From Parcubacteria group bacterium (GTDB lineage Bacteria; Patescibacteriota; Minisyncoccia; UBA10092), in the NCBI GenBank assembly GCA_016186325.1, contig JACPLW010000002.1:1485-65484 (forward strand): 64,000 nucleotides of DNA. Direction: 5' to 3'. The notes under the pieces are model-generated. The model was not told the origin of the DNA. It saw only the letters and a program-made list of their open reading frames with translations, and did no database searches. The number at the start of each line of letters is the position of its first letter. Position 1 is the stretch's first letter. A program made the translations under genes and the position numbers. This document shows positions 10,486-20,233 of the stretch, piece after piece.

Positions 10486-11208
10486 ATGACAATTTCTTGG
10501 TATGGAGAGGCCTGCTTTTTACTTGAAAGCGGGGGCATAAGAATCTTAATCGAACCGCCGCAAAAAGAATCCGGAATTAATCCACCTCGCTTAAAAAGCG
10601 ATGTTTTGGTTTATTCCCGCCCCAAAGGGGCGCCGCCGGAGGCGAGCCTCGCCAAGGGCGGGAGGCTCGCCTCATCAAATGAGGCGGCGAAACCTCGCGC
10701 CGAGAGAGTGGCTTTTTCCGACCCAGAATCAGGAGCGTTTATAATCGAATCGCCGGGCGAATACGAAGTTAAGGGCGCCAATATCCTAGGGATTGCCGAC
10801 CCCGCAGCTGCGGGGCAAGCAAATATTATATATAGCATTGAAATGGACGAAATAAAAATCGCCCATCTCGGTTTTGCGAATAAAAAATTTAATAGTGAAA
10901 AATTAGCAGAGCTTGACGATCCGGACATTGTTCTCGCGCCTGTTGGCGGAGGCGACATTTTGGACGCCGAAGGAGCAATGAACGTTATAAACCAGCTGGA
11001 ACCGAGCATTGCCATTCCAATGCTCTATGATATAAAGGGATTGAAAACCAAAAAAGCCCCTCTTTCCATGTTTCTTAAAGAAAGCGAGGCGAAAGAATCT
11101 CCCCAGCCAAAATTAATAATTAAGAAAAAGGACTTGGTCGAGGAAGAAACAAAAATTATAATTTTATCCCCCTACGGGGGATCTCCCGCAGGGAGAGAAC
11201 AATCATAA
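10486..11208 (+). CDS. MBL-fold metallo-hydrolase-like protein with in-frame palindromic inserts
   Basis: ISWYGEACF, PGEYEV, IAHLG, PVGG, IPM motifs. Confidence 0.75.
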   Translation: MTISWYGEACFLLESGGIRILIEPPQKESGINPPRLKSDVLVYSRPKGAPPEASLAKGGRLASSNEAAKPRAERVAFSDPESGAFIIESPGEYEVKGANILGIADPAAAGQANIIYSIEMDEIKIAHLGFANKKFNSEKLAELDDPDIVLAPVGGGDILDAEGAMNVINQLEPSIAIPMLYDIKGLKTKKAPLSMFLKESEAKESPQPKLIIKKKDLVEEETKIIILSPYGGSPAGREQS

Positions 11209-11456
11209 TGAAACGAATACTGGAAAACATCCAAACCAAACCTGGCGCCGTAAAACACGTAGTAATGTGGGTCGGAATTTTTTTAATAATGACCGCGATT
11301 TTTAGCTTTTGGCTTATGACTTTTTCCTGGCAAGTATCTCAAACTGCGGAAAATAACTCCGCTTCAGAACTTGAAAAAGAGCTGCCATCGGTTTTTAACA
11401 GTTTAAAATCACAGACCGGCCTTCTTTTTGAAACTATGAAAAACTTAGGCAAATAA
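11208..11456 (+). CDS. small membrane protein
   Basis: One TM helix; translationally coupled to the upstream gene. Confidence 0.6.
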   Translation: MKRILENIQTKPGAVKHVVMWVGIFLIMTAIFSFWLMTFSWQVSQTAENNSASELEKELPSVFNSLKSQTGLLFETMKNLGK

Positions 11457-11506
11457 AATGGTCCCCCCACCCTTTGCGGATTTTGCTCTAAGTTTAAAAA
11501 TGGATA

Positions 11507-14044
11507 ATGACTAAAAAAATAATCACAAACTCTAAAGAAACCCCTAAAAACGAAAGAGATTCGCAAAACTTAAACTTATCCGCAAAGGGTGGGGGAGAAA
11601 CGGGCTACGTAAAACCGCGGGAAATCGTCCGCGAGATGGAAGATTCGTATCTTGAGTACGCGATGTCGGTTATTATTTCCCGCGCTCTTCCCGATGTCAG
11701 AGACGGACTAAAGCCGGTTCACCGCCGGATTCTTTATGCCATGCACGATCTGGGCCTGACCCATCAGGCAAAATTCCGCAAATCGGCTCTTGTTGTCGGC
11801 GAGGTTTTGGGTAAATATCATCCGCACGGCGATATTTCGGTTTACGACGCCTTAACCCGGTTGGCGCAGGACTTTTCTTTGCGTTACCCGCTGGTAAACG
11901 GACAAGGTAATTTCGGAAGCATTGACGCCGACGCGCCGGCGGCGATGCGTTACACGGAGGCGCGGCTTACTTCGCTCGCCGAGGAAATGCTAAAAGACAT
12001 AGATAAAAACACTGTAGATTTTATTGATAATTATGACGCCACCCGCAAAGAGCCAAAAGTTCTTCCGGCCGCTGTTCCCCAGCTTCTTTTAAACGGCACC
12101 GTGGGTATAGCCGTAGGTATGGCTACAAATATTCCGCCCCATAATCTTGGGGAGATAATTGACGCTACTTGCCAACTTATTAAACATCCTAAAAGTTCGG
12201 TTGAAGACCTTTTGGAATTCGTAAAGGGTCCCGACTTTCCGACCGGCGGCATTATTTATTCCAAAAAAGATATTGCCGCCGCTTACGCCACCGGTAGGGG
12301 GCCTATTATCGCCCGCGGCGTAGCCGAAGCGGTTGAGGATAAAAAAGGCCGCGCTCAAATAATAATTACCGAAATTCCGTATCAGGTAAATAAATCAACC
12401 CTTCTTGAAAAAATTGCCGAGCTTGTCAGCGAGAAAAAAATTGACGGTATCCGCGACTTACGCGACGAATCGGACAGGGAGGGCATGAGAATTGTCATTG
12501 AGCTCAAAAGCGACGCCGCGCCGCAAAAGATTTTGAATAACCTCTACAAGCACACCGATCTTCAAAAAACTTTCCACTTAAACATGCTGGCTTTAGTTGA
12601 CGAAATCCAACCGCAAGTTCTTTCGCTTAAGGCCGTTTTGGAATATTACCTAAAACACCGAGAAGAAGTGGTGGTGCGTCGCGTAAAATACGATTTGGTA
12701 AAAGCGCAAGAGCGAGCGCATATATTAGAGGGCTTAAAAAAAGCGCTTGATTCAATTGATGAAGTAATTAAGGTTATAAAGAAATCGCAAGACAGGAGCG
12801 AGGCCTTAAAAAATCTTATAAACAGGTTCAAACTCACGGAAATTCAGGGGAGCGCTATTTTGGAAATGAAACTTGCCACTCTAGCCAATCTTGAAAGAAA
12901 AAAGATTGAAGATGAACTTATTGAAAAGGTAAAATTGATTAAAGAATTGACCCTTATTTTAAAAAGCCGCGAAAAAATACTGGAAATAATTTATCAAGAG
13001 CTTCAGGCAATAAAAGAAAAATATAACGACCAGAGAAAAACGAAAGTTATGGCCTCGTCTCTGGGCGAATTCAGAGAAGAAGATTTGGTACCGCTTGAAG
13101 AAGCTGTCGTAGTCTTAACCGAATCCGGATACATTAAAAGAATGAATCCCTCTCTAGTCCGCTCACAGCATCGCGGCGGCAAGGGCATGACCGGAATGTC
13201 TACAAAAGAAGAGGACGCTGTCACCCACTTTGTTTCAGCAAAAACCCACGATAACGTTTTGTTCTTCACCAACACCGGCCGCGTTTTCCAAACTAAGGTC
13301 TGGGAAATTCCGGAGGCCAGCCGGCAATCGCGCGGCAAAGCCGCAGTAAACTTTTTGGCCTTGAGCGGCGATGAAAGAGTTAACGCGATTCTGACATACA
13401 ACGAAAAACAGCTAAAGGAGAAGGGCACTGAAAAGTTCTTGGTGATGGCAACCAAGAGCGGACTAGTCAAAAAAACACCGATCGCCGACTTCGGTTCGGT
13501 TCGTCATTCCGGCCTCATTGCCATAAAACTTAAGAAGGGCGACTCTCTCAAGTGGGTAAAAGGCTCTTCGGGCGAAGACCAAATAATTTTTGTAACTATG
13601 CTCGGGCAAGCGATAAGATTTTCGGAAAAAGACGCGCGGCCATTGGGGCGGGCGACAGCCGGAATGCATGGCATCCGCCTGCATCAGGGCGACGAAGTTG
13701 TCAGCATGGATGTAATAACCGCCTCGGCCGCAAAAGACCAAAACACCAAATTCTTGGTGATTATGGAAAACGGTTTCGGCAAAAAAACATTCATTAAATT
13801 TTACAAAAAACAAAACCGGGGCGGTTCCGGCGTTAAAACCGCTAAAGTTACCCCTAAGACCGGAAAAATCGTTTCGGCGTTCATTATAGGACCAGACACT
13901 AAGGAAATGATTGCCATTTCAAAAAAAGGCGTAGTAATCCGCCTTGATCTTGAGTCAATTTCAACCGTTTCACGTGTAACCCAAGGCGTCCGTATAATGA
14001 GAGTTGAAGCGGGAGATAAAGTAGTTTCAGCAACGTTGTTGTAG
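11507..14044 (+). CDS. gyrA: DNA gyrase subunit A
   Basis: [28 protein letters not shown], GyrA box QHRGGKG. Confidence 0.98.
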   Translation: MTKKIITNSKETPKNERDSQNLNLSAKGGGETGYVKPREIVREMEDSYLEYAMSVIISRALPDVRDGLKPVHRRILYAMHDLGLTHQAKFRKSALVVGEVLGKYHPHGDISVYDALTRLAQDFSLRYPLVNGQGNFGSIDADAPAAMRYTEARLTSLAEEMLKDIDKNTVDFIDNYDATRKEPKVLPAAVPQLLLNGTVGIAVGMATNIPPHNLGEIIDATCQLIKHPKSSVEDLLEFVKGPDFPTGGIIYSKKDIAAAYATGRGPIIARGVAEAVEDKKGRAQIIITEIPYQVNKSTLLEKIAELVSEKKIDGIRDLRDESDREGMRIVIELKSDAAPQKILNNLYKHTDLQKTFHLNMLALVDEIQPQVLSLKAVLEYYLKHREEVVVRRVKYDLVKAQERAHILEGLKKALDSIDEVIKVIKKSQDRSEALKNLINRFKLTEIQGSAILEMKLATLANLERKKIEDELIEKVKLIKELTLILKSREKILEIIYQELQAIKEKYNDQRKTKVMASSLGEFREEDLVPLEEAVVVLTESGYIKRMNPSLVRSQHRGGKGMTGMSTKEEDAVTHFVSAKTHDNVLFFTNTGRVFQTKVWEIPEASRQSRGKAAVNFLALSGDERVNAILTYNEKQLKEKGTEKFLVMATKSGLVKKTPIADFGSVRHSGLIAIKLKKGDSLKWVKGSSGEDQIIFVTMLGQAIRFSEKDARPLGRATAGMHGIRLHQGDEVVSMDVITASAAKDQNTKFLVIMENGFGKKTFIKFYKKQNRGGSGVKTAKVTPKTGKIVSAFIIGPDTKEMIAISKKGVVIRLDLESISTVSRVTQGVRIMRVEAGDKVVSATLL

Positions 14045-14185
14045 CGACTTTACCATAGGAACTATTCTGCAGTGATCATATAGTGTATTTCAAAAGTTAC
14101 AACTTAAGAACCGATCGGAAATTAAGTTGTTAAAAATTTAAATTATGTCAAAACCTATAAAAGTTAAAAAGACATTAAAATAATT

Positions 14186-14213
14186 GAGGGCCCTCGCATT
14201 GCGCGGGGGCCCT
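14186..14213. terminator. intrinsic terminator-like hairpin between convergent genes
   Basis: AGGGCCCTCGC-ATTGC-GCGGGGGCCCT. Confidence 0.55.
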
Positions 14214-14223
14214 TATATTTATT

Positions 14224-14715
14224 TCACCTGAGTCGCTTCTGGCAGCAACCCAGATCCCCCATCCATCCGCACGACGTGCGGAGATGGGCGATCCTACTGC
14301 TGCTCGTCACCCTGGGAGGAGACTCCATGGTGATGAACGGCACCGGCTCGACTGCCGCCGGCTTCCGTGGAGGAAGAGCGACGAGCTTGACGCTCACCAG
14401 CCGGCGCGGCCTCTCCTTCCTGGGCAGTGCCCAAGAATGGTGGCCGTTCGAAACTGCGTCCGCGGCCACACCAGCGAAGGTTGCGCCGTGCGCAACCTCC
14501 TCGAGGATTTCGCGGCGCTCCTTGCCCTGACGGTTGTAACCGCAGAGCAACTTGAACGGATCGGAACTATCGAGATTAAGGATAGACCCACGACGCGTGA
14601 TGCCGCGTGAGGCCTTACTCCCGATGAGTTTCGCATCTCCTCGCCGCCGCCGTCTCGTGTCCAGGCGGCGGTTGTTGCCGTCGTCGTAGGTGTTCCTGAA
14701 CCGCCCAAATTGCAT
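14224..14715 (-). CDS. GC-rich basic hypothetical protein
   Basis: AAGGAGGAGG RBS before ATG; frame uncertain in the distal part. Confidence 0.45.
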   Translation of the reverse strand: MQFGRFRNTYDDGNNRRLDTRRRRRGDAKLIGSKASRGITRRGSILNLDSSDPFKLLCGYNRQGKERREILEEVAHGATFAGVAADAVSNGHHSWALPRKERPRRLVSVKLVALPPRKPAAVEPVPFITMESPPRVTSSSRIAHLRTSCGWMGDLGCCQKRLR

Positions 14716-14779
14716 CTTCGCCTCCTCCTTCTTCTTTATTTAAAAAAACAGGGGGGGGTCGAACCGCCCCCCTCGGATC

Positions 14780-15034
14780 CTAGACGACGACGCGCTTCGC
14801 GCTCGACGCGTGGAGCTCGTCGAGCGCCGCCTGGGTGAGGTTCTTGCGGACCCACATGTGGGCTCCGCAGAAGAGCGGCCGCACGCCCGGACGGCGCGCC
14901 TTCGTCGCGCGCTCGCCGCCGTTGCCCCGCTTCTGACGGCGGGGGTTGTCGCAATCGGCGACGCGGCACGACGCCTTGAAATGCGCGAGCCACTCTTCGC
15001 GAGGTGGAATGACGGCCACGATTTCGTAGCCCAT
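14780..15034 (-). CDS. GC-rich small protein with Cys/His (possible Zn binding)
   Basis: AAAGGAG RBS; CRVADC...FCGAH. Confidence 0.6.
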   Translation of the reverse strand: MGYEIVAVIPPREEWLAHFKASCRVADCDNPRRQKRGNGGERATKARRPGVRPLFCGAHMWVRKNLTQAALDELHASSAKRVVV

Positions 15035-15172
15035 GGTCCTCTCTCCTTTTGCCCCGCAACTGCAGGGCTTGTAAGAGTTTCGTGAAAGAACGGTTAACTA
15101 TGCTTAATTATTATAATCTATATTCAACAATTTGTCAATACCGCGCCCAATGTGCTAAAATAGGCAACATAT

Positions 15173-16633
15173 ATGACTAAAGAAAGTTTAAATATCCCAA
15201 AAGAAGTTAGAGAAACAATAAAGGCGCTAAATGACGCGGGGTTTGAGGCGTATGCCGTTGGCGGGTGCGTGCGCGATTTTATTTTGGGCCGGGAACCGAA
15301 CGATTGGGATATAACCACCAACGCTAAACCGGATGAAATCCAGAAAATATTTAAAAACAGCGTTTACGAAAATGATTTTGGCACGGTAGCGATAAACACA
15401 GAAAGCCAAAACGAACGGCTTAAAATAATAGAAATTACCACTTACCGGATAGAAGAAAAATACACCGACAAAAGACACCCCGATGCCGTTAAATTCACGA
15501 CAAAGCTTGAAGACGATTTGGCAAGGCGCGATTTTACCGTAAACGCCATCGCTTACGACGGAAAAAAATTTATTGATCCTTTCGGCGGACAAAAAGACAT
15601 CGCCTCTAAAATTATCAGAACCGTTGGCAACCCGAAAGAAAGATTTAATGAAGATGCCTTGCGCCTGATGCGCGCCATCCGCTTCGCCGTCCAGCTGAAT
15701 TTTAAAATTGATAAAAAAACCGTAGAAGGTATTGGGGAAAATTCCGGCGATATCGTGGCCATATCCAAAGAGCGCATCCGCGACGAAGTAATAAAAATCA
15801 TAAAAACAGAAAACGCCATGGCCGGCATTGAGATGTTAAGCGAATTCGGGCTTTTGAAACACATCATGCCAGAAATGGAAGAAGGGATTAATGTGGGTCA
15901 AAACAAACATCATATTTATACCGTCTGGGAACATAATTTAAGAGCTTTAGATTGGGCAGCAAAAAATGATTATAAAATGGAAGTTAGAATGGCTTCCCTG
16001 CTTCACGATGTCGGAAAGCCCAGAGCCAAACAGGGAGACGGGCCCGATTCCACTTTTTATAATCATGAAGTAGTCGGCGCTAAAATGACCGCTCAAATTT
16101 TGGAACGGTTAAAGTTCCCTAAAAAATTCGTTGAAAAAGTAACGCTTTTGGTACGCTATCACTTATTTTACTATAATGTTGAAGAAGTCAGCGAAAGCTC
16201 GGTGCGCCGGCTGGTAAAAAACGTCGGTCCGGAAAACATGGACGATCTTTTGGAAGTAAGAATGGCCGATAGAAAAGGTTCGGGCGTCCCCAAAGCCGAG
16301 CCATATAAGTTGCGCCACCTCCGCGCTATTATTGAAAAAGTATCGCGCGACCCGATTTCTGTAAAAATGCTTAAAATCAACGGAAATGATTTAATGAAAG
16401 AGTTGAAAATGGAACCGGGGCCGCGCTTGGGCTATATACTAAATATCCTTCTTGACGAAGTTTTAGACAACCCGAATAAAAACACAAAGGAGCATCTTTT
16501 AGAGAACGCTAAAAAATTAAATAAAGAACCGCTTGAAAAACTGGAAAAATTATTTAAAATGGCTCAAGCTAAAACACAGGAAGCGGCGGAAGAAGAATTT
16601 AAGGGAATTAAGGAGAAATATTACGTAAAATGA
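15173..16633 (+). CDS. cca: CCA tRNA nucleotidyltransferase (polyA polymerase family) with HD domain
   Basis: VGGCVRD, DWDITT, RRDFTVNA, EDALRLMRA, LLHDVGK. Confidence 0.92.
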   Translation: MTKESLNIPKEVRETIKALNDAGFEAYAVGGCVRDFILGREPNDWDITTNAKPDEIQKIFKNSVYENDFGTVAINTESQNERLKIIEITTYRIEEKYTDKRHPDAVKFTTKLEDDLARRDFTVNAIAYDGKKFIDPFGGQKDIASKIIRTVGNPKERFNEDALRLMRAIRFAVQLNFKIDKKTVEGIGENSGDIVAISKERIRDEVIKIIKTENAMAGIEMLSEFGLLKHIMPEMEEGINVGQNKHHIYTVWEHNLRALDWAAKNDYKMEVRMASLLHDVGKPRAKQGDGPDSTFYNHEVVGAKMTAQILERLKFPKKFVEKVTLLVRYHLFYYNVEEVSESSVRRLVKNVGPENMDDLLEVRMADRKGSGVPKAEPYKLRHLRAIIEKVSRDPISVKMLKINGNDLMKELKMEPGPRLGYILNILLDEVLDNPNKNTKEHLLENAKKLNKEPLEKLEKLFKMAQAKTQEAAEEEFKGIKEKYYVK

Positions 16634-17496
16634 AACATCAAGAAAAATTAGGAAGGCCGGTCATTGAAGACCCGGAAAATGGGAAGGATAAAGAATTGGG
16701 CCAGCCGGTAATTGAAGAGGAATTTGAAAAGGAGTCGGTTGAAGCAACACTTGCCGTGGTTAGAGAAGCGCTTGAGGAATTTTACAGCCGCCGGTCAAGT
16801 CGCGAAGATCAAACTGCTCTCTTTTTGCAAACCATGCGTGATCCGACGGAGCCCCTTACGATATCTGTGGAAGAAATAAAAAAAGAAGATGGCGACGTAA
16901 CTATTCCGCTTGCCATATTAGAAGCGGTAAGAGGCGAGATACAGTACGAATACGATGCCTTGAACTCGTTTGAGCTTGACGCGGAAAACCGGAGCGAAAA
17001 TGAAAAAATTGAAACGCTGCGCCGAGATGACTTTGAAAAAGAACTGCATTATCAGGAAGCCAGCGACGTTCTTTTTTCACATGCCGATTATGAAAGGCCG
17101 ACCCACGACGATCTTTTGAAATACCTTAGCAAAATAAAAGGATATATTAGGAAACTTGCAAAAGAAGAAGAGGAAAAATATAAAGGCGCGGGAGAGAGCG
17201 AGAGCAAGAACAGGATTCTTCGTTCACGGCTTTTAACCGATGTCCCGGCAATCGAGAGGTATGAAACCGGACGGCATACAACCCGCGACTATCGGGAAAT
17301 TATGGATGCAATCGATGCTAATCTTTTGGGTTATCGGGACCAAATAGGCGCCGCACTTCTTCAGTATGCGAACGATCCGCAAGAAATGTTTGTAAGCTAT
17401 ATAAAACAGAGTCTTAAAGAAACCAGAAGGCTAGAACTTATTCTTTCACAGCTTGAAGGCGAGCGAAACGAACGTGTCGCCAAAAAACAGCCATAA
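16630..17496 (+). CDS. hypothetical protein
   Basis: 288-aa acidic ORF overlapping the cca stop. Confidence 0.6.
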   Translation: MKHQEKLGRPVIEDPENGKDKELGQPVIEEEFEKESVEATLAVVREALEEFYSRRSSREDQTALFLQTMRDPTEPLTISVEEIKKEDGDVTIPLAILEAVRGEIQYEYDALNSFELDAENRSENEKIETLRRDDFEKELHYQEASDVLFSHADYERPTHDDLLKYLSKIKGYIRKLAKEEEEKYKGAGESESKNRILRSRLLTDVPAIERYETGRHTTRDYREIMDAIDANLLGYRDQIGAALLQYANDPQEMFVSYIKQSLKETRRLELILSQLEGERNERVAKKQP

Positions 17497-17502
17497 TTTT
17501 AT

Positions 17503-17527
17503 CGGGGCATAGTATACCGGCAGTACG
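17503..17527 (+). pseudogene. 5' fragment (acceptor strand + D arm) of a tRNA-Pro
   Basis: CGGGGCA-TA-GTAT-ACCGGCA-GTAC-G; acceptor complement TGCCCCG lies at 18660-18666. Confidence 0.65.
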
Positions 17528-17576
17528 CAGAAGAAAAATTTTATTATTTCTATAATCGGGCAATTAAAATCTAAAA

Positions 17577-17649
17577 CAGGGTGTGGTCTAGCAGCTATGA
17601 CGCCGGCTTCGGGAGTCGGAAATCGAGGGTGCAAGCCCCTCCACCCTGA
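17577..17649 (+). tRNA. tRNA-Pro(CGG)
   Basis: CAGGGTG/CACCCTG acceptor, CCGGC-TTCGGGA-GTCGG, atypical T-loop TGCAAGC. Confidence 0.82.
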
Positions 17650-17653
17650 CAGG

Positions 17654-18550
17654 TCAAGCAGTAAGAAACTTTTTAAACTTATTTTTCAGGTTCTTCTCTG
17701 AAAATTCCTTAGGGTAAATGTCTTTAGAATAAATCGCTATTAAAGCAATTTTATTTTTATAACAAAGTTTCTTTTTTTCTTTTATGGCCCGGTCATATCT
17801 GGGGCTATCGTTTGCTAACCCAAAATATTCTACAAAAGTTTCTTTATTTTTAGCGAATACTTTCCAATCCGTTTTATGGTGTGTTTTTGGATAACACGCA
17901 TCTCTTTCGTGTAATATATTATTTTTATAAAGCCAGTTATCAATCAAAAGCTCCGAAACGGAATCGCATAAATGACCATCTATAGCCGTAGCATTAATAC
18001 GCCTATACATCCGATTGTCGTGTGAGCGATTGGGGATAAACCCTGCCGCCTGAATAGTATTATTCCAAGAACCAAAAATTTTTATACACGACTTAGTAAT
18101 TCTTTCCATCTCTCGCCTCGCGGGTACTCTTTCAAATTTCTGCGTAAACTGTTTTATGATATCTATAAGTTGTTCAGAGGTATGGCTCCTTGTTTCTATC
18201 CGGCACTTCATAGAGCAATATTTTAGATTTCCATTACCCTTTTTGAAATGCTCTTTGCAATTTATGCAAGTTTTTAATTGCGCCTTTCTCTTCGGACTTT
18301 TTTTATTATTTACTATTGCGGCACAAGACCGAGAACAATAACTATGTGGAGAGATTTCGTTGGGTGTTCGTTTGAAAATCTTGCCGCAATTTTCACATAT
18401 CAATTTTTGTTTTTTCGTTTTATAGTAGTATTCGCACTTTCTTGAACAATAAAAATTCCACTTAAATTTTAAATTTTCATTAAATCGACCGACACTTCGA
18501 TAAACTGGCTTTTTACAATTTTTACAAAAAACTTTTTTAAGATTGGTCAT
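17654..18550 (-). CDS. putative homing-type endonuclease (multiple CxxC/YCSxxC Zn modules + C-terminal PD-(D/E)xK-like domain)
   Basis: CKNC, YCSRKC, CENC, YCSRSC, FGSWN repeat, DSVSE..IDNWL..TDW..VEYFG. Confidence 0.65.
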   Translation of the reverse strand: MTNLKKVFCKNCKKPVYRSVGRFNENLKFKWNFYCSRKCEYYYKTKKQKLICENCGKIFKRTPNEISPHSYCSRSCAAIVNNKKSPKRKAQLKTCINCKEHFKKGNGNLKYCSMKCRIETRSHTSEQLIDIIKQFTQKFERVPARREMERITKSCIKIFGSWNNTIQAAGFIPNRSHDNRMYRRINATAIDGHLCDSVSELLIDNWLYKNNILHERDACYPKTHHKTDWKVFAKNKETFVEYFGLANDSPRYDRAIKEKKKLCYKNKIALIAIYSKDIYPKEFSEKNLKNKFKKFLTA

Positions 18551-18628
18551 GGGTATTATTTACTATTTTGTGTTTTATAAATTAATGTTAAATTAAAAGA
18601 GCTTAGTCTTTATTGATTATACCATAAA

Positions 18629-18670
18629 TGGGAGGATTTAGCACTGGTTCGATTCCCAATGCCCCGACCA
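18629..18670 (+). pseudogene. 3' fragment of a tRNA-Pro (anticodon to CCA), degenerate T stem
   Basis: TGGGA-GGATT-TAGC...TTCGATT...TGCCCCG-A-CCA, collinear with tRNA-Pro(TGG) at 39447. Confidence 0.65.
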
Positions 18671-18746
18671 GTTGAAATAAAACTATTTCGCTTTTGCAAT
18701 AGTTTAAAGTATGGTAGAGTTGTTGAATTAAGATGCGCAACAATAA

Positions 18747-19352
18747 ATGAACTTCCTTGAAGAATCCGTAAAAGAAGACCTAAGTCAGCCAAAGGATGAG
18801 GAAATTTTGATTTTATCGCTTGATAAGCCGGCGCTTTTTAAAATTTTAATTGACCGTTACGAAGCGGCTTTTTTAAGAAAAGCGTTTGATATCCTGAAAC
18901 AACATGAAGAGGCCGAGGATATAGTTCAGGAAACATTCGTAAAAATTTATTTTAACGCCAAAAAATTCAAAAAAATGGCGGGGATTGAGTTTAAGAGCTG
19001 GGCTTACAAGATCCTCGTAAATACCGCCATCAGCCGATATCGGAAAACGAGCAAAAAATGGCAGGCCGAATCTACCAATCCGCTTGATTTGGAGCTAGCA
19101 AGCGAGCGAAACTTATCAACCGAAGATATCGTTTTAGAAAGCGAGACAAAAAGCTTGGCGTCTGAATTATTGTCGCGCCTTCCCGAACAACTCGGCCGCT
19201 TGCTTTCAAAATACTATATTGAAGACAAGCCGTATAAGGATATAGCAAAAGAAGAGTCAATAACTGTTCCGGCCTTAAAAATGAAGTTATTTCGAGCCAA
19301 AAAAATTCTAAAAAATCTTACCAAAAACGATGAAAACGGACATAAAATATAA
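18747..19352 (+). CDS. ECF-type RNA polymerase sigma factor
   Basis: AEDIVQETFVK, FKSWAYKI, region 4 YKDIA...KMKLFRAK. Confidence 0.9.
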   Translation: MNFLEESVKEDLSQPKDEEILILSLDKPALFKILIDRYEAAFLRKAFDILKQHEEAEDIVQETFVKIYFNAKKFKKMAGIEFKSWAYKILVNTAISRYRKTSKKWQAESTNPLDLELASERNLSTEDIVLESETKSLASELLSRLPEQLGRLLSKYYIEDKPYKDIAKEESITVPALKMKLFRAKKILKNLTKNDENGHKI

Positions 19353-19710
19353 AAATCAGTTAAGTGACCGCGTAATGAGGCGAGTTTATTTCATATGGTT
19401 TTCAAGGCGCGTTTTGCCTTATCTTGCGGCAGAAGCCATGTTGTTCTCGGCATTCCTTTATCTGATCGGCCAACAGGTTTACGTGGCCAAAGTTTTGGAA
19501 TATGCGACATCGGTATTGGCCTCAAATATAGCCCATCCGGCGACTTTTGCGTCTTTTGCTATAGACCTATTTATCAGAACCGGCATTGGCGTACAAATTT
19601 CAGTAATAGGCTCTTTAGCCATGGTTTTCTTTCTCTTTAGAAACTTAATCAGCTCCACGTTCCAACTAATGGCGGCAAAAGAAACCAAATTGAATAATCA
19701 GATGTTATAG
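19330..19710 (+). CDS. membrane protein, candidate anti-sigma factor
   Basis: Overlaps the ECF sigma gene; hydrophobic segments. Confidence 0.55.
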   Translation: MKTDIKYKNQLSDRVMRRVYFIWFSRRVLPYLAAEAMLFSAFLYLIGQQVYVAKVLEYATSVLASNIAHPATFASFAIDLFIRTGIGVQISVIGSLAMVFFLFRNLISSTFQLMAAKETKLNNQML

Positions 19711-19740
19711 AGTAGTAAAGGTCGTTTTTACAAAAATATT

Positions 19741-19781
19741 AAACAAACCAGTCCCGCATATGCGGGACTGGTTTGTTTTTT
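19741..19781. terminator. bidirectional terminator
   Basis: AAACAAACCAGTCCCGC-ATAT-GCGGGACTGGTTTGTTT. Confidence 0.75.
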
Positions 19782-19795
19782 CACTATAAATTTTA

Positions 19796-19866
19796 AGCGG
19801 GTAGGGGGAATCGAACCCCCGTCATTAGCTTGGAAAGCTAAGGTAATTCCATTATACGATACCCGC
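19796..19866 (-). tRNA. tRNA-Gly(TCC)
   Basis: GCGGGTA acceptor, TTAGC-TTTCCAA-GCTAA. Confidence 0.92.
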
Positions 19867-19921
19867 CTTCGTCCCGCCTCGGCGGGACTTCGGCGGGGCA
19901 AGCCCGCCAAAACTAAAGCCA

Positions 19922-20194
19922 TTATCTTACCGCTTCTTTTAAGTTTTTTCCGGCGCGGAACTTTGGAACTTTTACCGCCGCAATCTGAATTTTTTCTCCG
20001 GTGCGGGGATTAACTCCAACCCGGGCCTTTCTTGATGAAACGCTAAAAGCGCCGAAACCGGTTAAAGAAACTTCTTCGCCTCTAGAAAGCGAGGATGTAA
20101 TTTCATCCAATGTAGCGTCTATAGCTCTTTCGGCTTCAGCTTTAGTAGAGCCGAGTTTTGCCGCTACCATATCAACTAATTTATCTTTGTTCAT
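19922..20194 (-). CDS. hup: DNA-binding protein HU
   Basis: GFGAF, RKARVGVNPRTGE, PKFRAGK. Confidence 0.95.
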   Translation of the reverse strand: MNKDKLVDMVAAKLGSTKAEAERAIDATLDEITSSLSRGEEVSLTGFGAFSVSSRKARVGVNPRTGEKIQIAAVKVPKFRAGKNLKEAVR

Positions 20195-20233
20195 ATGATT
20201 CTTTTAATAATACTATTTTAGATTTTATAATTT

